Below, one piece after another: positions 60,818-64,000 of a stretch of DNA of 64,000 bases. A model generated the notes under the pieces. That model worked only from the letters and a program-made list of their open reading frames with translations. It was not told the DNA's origin and ran no database searches. The DNA lies in assembly GCA_051362555.1 (NCBI GenBank), contig CM120642.1:5394001-5458000 (forward strand), given 5' to 3'. The DNA is from Lingula anatina. Its lineage: Eukaryota > Animalia > Brachiopoda. A program made the translations under genes and the position numbers. How positions within the stretch are numbered: the stretch's first letter is position 1; every line of letters starts with the position of its first letter.

Positions 60818-63782
60818 TCAAACTAAATCAAAATTATGATGCGTTAATGCAATATTTTCCTTCAGGTCTGTAAAAGTCACCAAAGATTTAATGTATACAT
60901 ACATATGTACAGAATAAGTTAAAGCTTAATTATATATCTCCTATCAATAGCTATGCATTGCAAAATTGTCAGGTATTACTTAATCCTACAGTGTAATGGC
61001 ATGAAAGCTGCAGAAATGTTAGAGGTGATACCGGGTACATGCGGTTTGAATTTTCATTCACGGTTTACATATTTATCAGTATAAACAAAGCTAATGAAAC
61101 TTTGCTCTTGTGTACAATAATGTTTTCTGATTTGATTACAGAATGTCGCTTTGTACACATTGAGGGACAAAAAATAAACCTCAATGCCTTTGACAAATCC
61201 GTAACTTCAACAACTGTGGCAGATTGCAAACGTGCTTGTTTGGATGAGAAGACCTTCACTTGCAGGTAAGTGCAGATATGTCAAATCTAATTTTTTTTTT
61301 TTGTACTTGAAAGCAGGATTAGGTGGGTTTGGTTAGGGTGGTCAGTATAGAGATGGTAATTAAGGTAAACAGCTATAGGGTGGGGGTGGGGATCGAGGGG
61401 GTACTGAGTACATATGTAACAGGTTTTGGGATAAGGTAAAATGTGCAGAAGGGAAGGAGGAGAATATTGATTACCATGTTGGGGATTATATATTAAGAGG
61501 AATAGCACATACAAGTACTAATTAAGGTTGTTGTGATGATTTTTTTGGATACACAGGTAGGAGTGCGGACAAATTAACAATGTGAAATGTAGAAAAAAAA
61601 GCCAATGATGATAACATAAAGATGGCAGTGTAGCTGACGTTAAAGTGATGCTGACCTCAAACTCAGTGGTTTTGTGATCGTCTTAACTATCATGGCACAA
61701 AATAAGCATAATTTCAAATCTTCAACTATAATTTCTGATATTGATGATGTAGTTCTTGATTTGAAGAACTGGGTACGTAGATCAATCATCATTACAAGTT
61801 AATGGGAAGATAAAACTCAACTTGCAGGTCTTTCAATTTCCGTGTGTCTGACAGTGCCTGTGACTTAATGACCCACAACAGATACACTATCACATCTAAC
61901 CAGTGGGTAGAAGATGCCAACACAGACTATTATGAGAGACAGTGTACTACAGACCAAGAAAATGGTACACAATTTGTTCTTTTTGTATCTAAATTTATTT
62001 GAATTCAGTGCTCTACCTGTCATATGGTAGCTTAATTTTTTTTAATGCATTATGTTTGAAAAAAAAAATTATTTTATCTTTTTACAGATACTAAGTAATT
62101 ATTGGGCTAAAAATAATAAGCAAGAACAGTATTGTTTCACTGCCAATTAATAATTAAGATCATGATGGTTCTTTTTCCATAACTGCCAAGATTGGGAGGT
62201 GTGTGAATCAAATAGTCCAGCTGGTCTCTTTTTAACTGTCAAATTGTGAAAGAACCTTTACTAGTATAATTAATGTATTTTGCTTATAAATCTGTTTCAA
62301 ATTGTTTCAAATTTGTGAAAAAAAACCTACTTGTACTTCAAGAAATGAAGGAAAGAAATAAATCAATTTACTTCTGATTTATTTCATATTTATTTAGCTT
62401 GTGAACCAGGGTGGTTTGAATGGCGTGGACAATGTTACAAATTCTCTGATACCCAGTCGAGTTTTGAAAACGCCTCCTCCCAGTGTCAGTCAGATGGGGG
62501 TAACCTCGCCAGCATTAACTCTGCAGAAGAGATGAGTTTCATCAAGGAGAAAGCCAGGTGAGTTTTTTTTTTCTTTTTTTTTGAAACTCCACAAAATGTG
62601 TTTGTAACTGATTACCAAACAAGGTGGTCATGCCATTGTACTCTTAAATCTTTTGGATTACCACTTTGAATAATGGACAATTAATCTTGGTAACATTGAA
62701 AAATCTCATCTTGGGTTTGGCATGATTAAAAACTGCCTTAAGTGGCCAAGTATAAGTCAACTTAGATATTGAATTTATCATTGATTTTGCTAATGAGTCT
62801 TGTAGAATTGATGAACTACTCAGGCTGGGGGAGGCGTAAAAGGAAATGTTTTCCCTGTTTTACAGGACATTCTACAAGGATAAATCTTTCTACATTGGAA
62901 TGCAGTGGGGAGGTCATGGCCATTCTTGGATAGATGGATCTAGTGTTTTCTACTCCAACTTTGCTCATGGTAAGAACAGGTTCTTAAACAAAAGAATAAA
63001 ATGTATAATTTATTCAAACTCATGTATGAGATATAGTGAATGTTATGTATGTAATTTAAACACCTTAGGCTATAGTTTACTAGACTATAAGATATTTAAA
63101 ATGAATGAAAAAAAGGTTTCCCATGACAGCCACATCATGAAAATATTTGGACTGGTTGGGCGAGTTTCACGATGCCTTTTTAGCTTAAGATATAGTCATC
63201 AGAAAGTTTACTTTCTGCACATTTGAAGGAGAGACTTAGTTAAAGAAACTCGTAATAATCAAGATAATTTATTATTAATTGTGTTCCTACTCTTATCTGT
63301 GTCAGGTGAGGGCCGTCTTATGTCCATCACATGTGAGAACAATATGGCGGAACTGGACTGTGGTCAAGGACAAGTTGTCAGGGTCTCCTACGCAAACTTT
63401 GGACGCACCTCTCTCACACACTGCAATGGTACAGTACAGGTAAATGTAACTTAATTATCTTTGATGGAAAAATATGAGATGTGACTAGCTATTATTATTA
63501 AGTACTATTATCATTATCTTAACGTTTATGTATAGTGATTTTATCACAGTTATGTACGTAACACTTTTGCCTATGAGATGTGACTATTTTGATTATTAAT
63601 ATTATTATTATTATTTTGATAGAGATCTGACTGTTTGGACTCCACCTCCCTCAATACAGTGGTTGATACTTGCAATGGAATACAGAAGTGCAGTGTCAAT
63701 GCCAGTGGCGACATCTTCAGTGAAAGTGACACCTGTGGCGGCGCCACAAGATATTTGGAGATTCACTACAACTGCGTGCCAG
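45779..63782 (+). CDS. Mosaic extracellular lectin-like protein, 3' partial (at least 788 aa): signal peptide, 2x laminin-G/pentraxin-like, C-type lectin, PAN/apple, N-terminal half C-type lectin, SUEL/rhamnose-binding lectin; 18 exons in window
   Basis: 18 GT-AG exons join into one open frame of 2365 nt. Motifs: YFDGS, VNDGKWH/VNDDQWH, YVDG, CPTGW..FQGSCY, WWLGL, WND, C..AC...FTCRSFNF, ANFGR plus 8 Cys. No stop codon before the window ends. Confidence 0.88.
46470..46529 (+). CDS. Lectin gene exon 2 (start of LamG1)
   Basis: ccctttatttcag|FSALQPITYFDGSTDIDHAD|gtaagt. Confidence 0.8.
48579..49073. mobile_element. PIF/Harbinger-like MITE (~495 bp)
   Basis: TIR agcctaatttacatttgcca / tggcaaatgtaatctaggtt (17/20), TTA on both sides. 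Confidence 0.7.
50186..50487. mobile_element. MITE with 15-bp TIR starting GAG (Sola-like), ~300 bp
   Basis: gagggtcccgttggg / cccaatgggaccctc (14/15); flanks ctcg / atcg (imperfect 4-bp TSD); internal repeated tcacg motifs. Confidence 0.6.
51142..51240 (+). CDS. Lectin gene exon 3 (LamG1)
   Basis: ctttctttcag|ASLATFGGTDHTVIAWFKTYASNGGIFAKTASG|gtaagt. Confidence 0.88.
51261..51317 (+). repeat. (AG)n microsatellite
   Basis: Uninterrupted AG run 20 nt after the exon 3 donor. Confidence 0.97.
51559..51639 (+). CDS. Lectin gene exon 4 (LamG1)
   Basis: tactgcag|TTWASKGKCFYIRDGNIQTDSHGIGYI|gtaagt; paralogous to exon 8. Confidence 0.85.
   Translation, partial: QPGLVKESVSISETATYRRIRMALDT
51701..52118. 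mobile_element. PIF/Harbinger-like MITE (418 bp) with ~65-bp TIRs
   Basis: gcccctatttcacacagaccacgaatcccacgaat...caggattcgtg mirrored by cacgaatcctg...gtgaaataggggc; TTA on both sides; internal acgaat/attcgt repeats. Confidence 0.88.
52617..52686 (+). CDS. Lectin gene exon 5 (LamG1, NDGxWH motif)
   Basis: ttttcag|RGSKVVNDGKWHMAAWQFTASSNS|gtgagt. Confidence 0.9.
53014..53213 (+). CDS. Lectin gene exon 6 (end of LamG1)
   Basis: ctgttacag|YRLTVDGVQD...VMRIG...FTGHLHTVMYYDYRI...RNSL|gtgagt. Confidence 0.92.
53556..53753 (+). CDS. Lectin gene exon 7 (start of LamG2)
   Basis: tatttcag|NSREYIWIEETYFGGDG...FDFSLSVWVRTTHTGSILRRTESS|gtagct. Confidence 0.88.
54373..54411 (+). repeat. 13-bp tandem triplication
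   Basis: aaagagtgaactt x3. Confidence 0.85.
54577..54660 (+). CDS. Lectin gene exon 8 (LamG2)
   Basis: ttttcag|GTWVSHGKVLYINSAGKAMFDAYSVGNV|gtaagt. Confidence 0.87.
55109..55181 (+). CDS. Lectin gene exon 9 (LamG2, NDxxWH motif)
   Basis: aaatccag|VSTSVVNDDQWHFIVFTQEMQTTAT|gtaaga. Confidence 0.88.
55980..56610 (+). repeat. 161-bp tandem array, about 4 units
   Basis: ccgataacacgataagtggaaaa at 55980, 56141, 56302 and a diverged copy at about 56467. Confidence 0.92.
57000..58215 (+). repeat. Degenerate ~335-bp tandem repeats
   Basis: atgggcctgaagac-like marker at 57041, 57378, 57707, 58041; recurring cattatgtaat.ttgcatcaaaat. Confidence 0.7.
58430..58481 (+). repeat. (TA)n microsatellite
   Basis: Uninterrupted TA run. 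Confidence 0.97.
58528..58764 (+). mobile_element. Short Helentron-type element (third family) nested in the 55866-59376 element
   Basis: subTIR ctctgccaagg (58539) / ccttggcagag (58725), tgtttgtctgtc microsatellite, 3' stem-loop gcact-ctcaa-agtgc, terminal ctagtt. Confidence 0.75.
59271..59378 (+). repeat. Exact 54-bp tandem duplication covering the 3' terminus of the element
   Basis: atctttattttctgttttttgtctgtacatttgacagctttgctgccttgttat x2. Confidence 0.95.
59381..59562 (+). CDS. Lectin gene exon 10 (end of LamG2)
   Basis: cttgttatag|WRIYVDGVLE...FQGYLKELFYYNYKISDEEILSRYNGFQ|gtatat. Confidence 0.92.
59852..60030 (+). CDS. Lectin gene exon 11 (CTLD1 N-terminal half)
   Basis: gttttag|DDTQCPTGWHPFQGSCYYF...AKDFCHSLGAKRASISSQLEQDFLYHVLQ|gtagct. 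Confidence 0.93.
60329..60566 (+). CDS. Lectin gene exon 12 (CTLD1 C-terminal half)
   Basis: aatttcag|KMNYTGRDWWLGL...WDDGS...WDSRDPD...DCV...WNDRWC...VVCEKPE|gtaaga. Confidence 0.94.
60780..60816 (+). repeat. Compound (CT)n(AT)n microsatellite
   Basis: Seen directly. Confidence 0.9.
61142..61265 (+). CDS. Lectin gene exon 13 (PAN/apple N-terminal part)
   Basis: gattacag|ECRFVHIEGQKI...TVADCKRACLDEKTFTCR|gtaagt. Confidence 0.92.
61828..61964 (+). CDS. Lectin gene exon 14 (PAN/apple C-terminal part)
   Basis: cttgcag|SFNFRVSDSACDLMTHNR...TDYYERQCTTDQEN|gtacac. Confidence 0.9.
62398..62557 (+). CDS. Lectin gene exon 15 (start of CTLD2)
   Basis: tatttag|ACEPGWFEWRGQCYKF...SFENASSQCQSDGGNLASINSAEEMSFIKEKAR|gtgagt. 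Confidence 0.94.
62866..62969 (+). CDS. Lectin gene exon 16 (CTLD2 middle, ends before the EPN position)
   Basis: gttttacag|TFYKDKSFYIGMQWGGHGHSWIDGSSVFYSNFAH|gtaaga. Confidence 0.92.
63306..63439 (+). CDS. Lectin gene exon 17 (SUEL lectin N-terminal part)
   Basis: ctgtgtcag|GEGRLMSITCENNMAELDCGQGQVVRVSYANFGRTSLTHCNGTVQ|gtaaat. Confidence 0.92.
63623..63782 (+). CDS. Lectin gene exon 18 (SUEL lectin C-terminal part)
   Basis: ttttgatag|RSDCLDSTSLNTVVDTCNGIQKCSVNASGDIFSESDTCGGATRYLEIHYNCVP|gtttgt. Confidence 0.92.
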
Positions 63783-63917
63783 GTTTGTATTTATTTGTTA
63801 CTCATATTTTTTTTCCAAAATGCTATTAGTATTTGTTAGTTGGATTGATGTGTATCTTACATTGTATTGTGATATTTTGCTAACTCTAGATGTAGTGATA
63901 CAGATTATAACTAAATA

Positions 63918-64000
63918 TTTTTATGTACAGACACAGATGTGTCTGTACATATTGCCATCACCTGCGTCTGTCGTCGCCGTCGCCGTCGCCGGCGCCGTGC
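63918..64000 (+). mobile_element. 5' end of another copy of the 55866 element, truncated by the window edge
   Basis: tttttatgtacagacacagatgtgtctgtacatat.gcc.tca.ctgcgtctgtcgtcgccgtc matches 55866 onward. Confidence 0.85.

Noticed and set aside
1-64000. tRNA, rRNA, reverse transcriptase or transposase genes
   Set aside because: No such motifs recognised by eye on either strand; all mobile elements seen are non-autonomous.

Overview
AT-rich animal (probably marine invertebrate) genomic DNA with two intron-containing genes on the + strand and many non-autonomous DNA transposons; most entries in the ORF track are spurious. Gene 1 is a synaptotagmin-family gene (5 coding exons, 29178-39740, 483 aa; TM-linker-C2A-C2B) with incomplete Ca2+-ligand sets. 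Its third coding intron holds a 7.6-kb CCC...GGG element with arrays of the palindrome TCCTATAGGA. A second copy of this element has inserted into the first in inverted orientation, giving multi-kb inverted repeats, and the element carries a terminal-exon remnant resembling the end of a BEN domain. Gene 2 is a secreted or membrane mosaic lectin (18 exons from 45779, at least 788 aa, running off the window): signal peptide-LamG-LamG-C-type lectin-PAN/apple-half C-type lectin-SUEL, with the SUEL module starting exactly where the EPN loop of the second CTLD should be. Also present: three families of Helentron-type non-autonomous elements (two near-identical ~3-kb copies with 146-bp satellite arrays; one 3.5-kb copy whose 3' end forms the pyrimidine tract of a splice acceptor), several MITEs, and a visible CpG-poor/CpG-rich boundary near 42.2 kb. 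Exon structures were built by hand from splice signals and phase continuity; no database searches were run.
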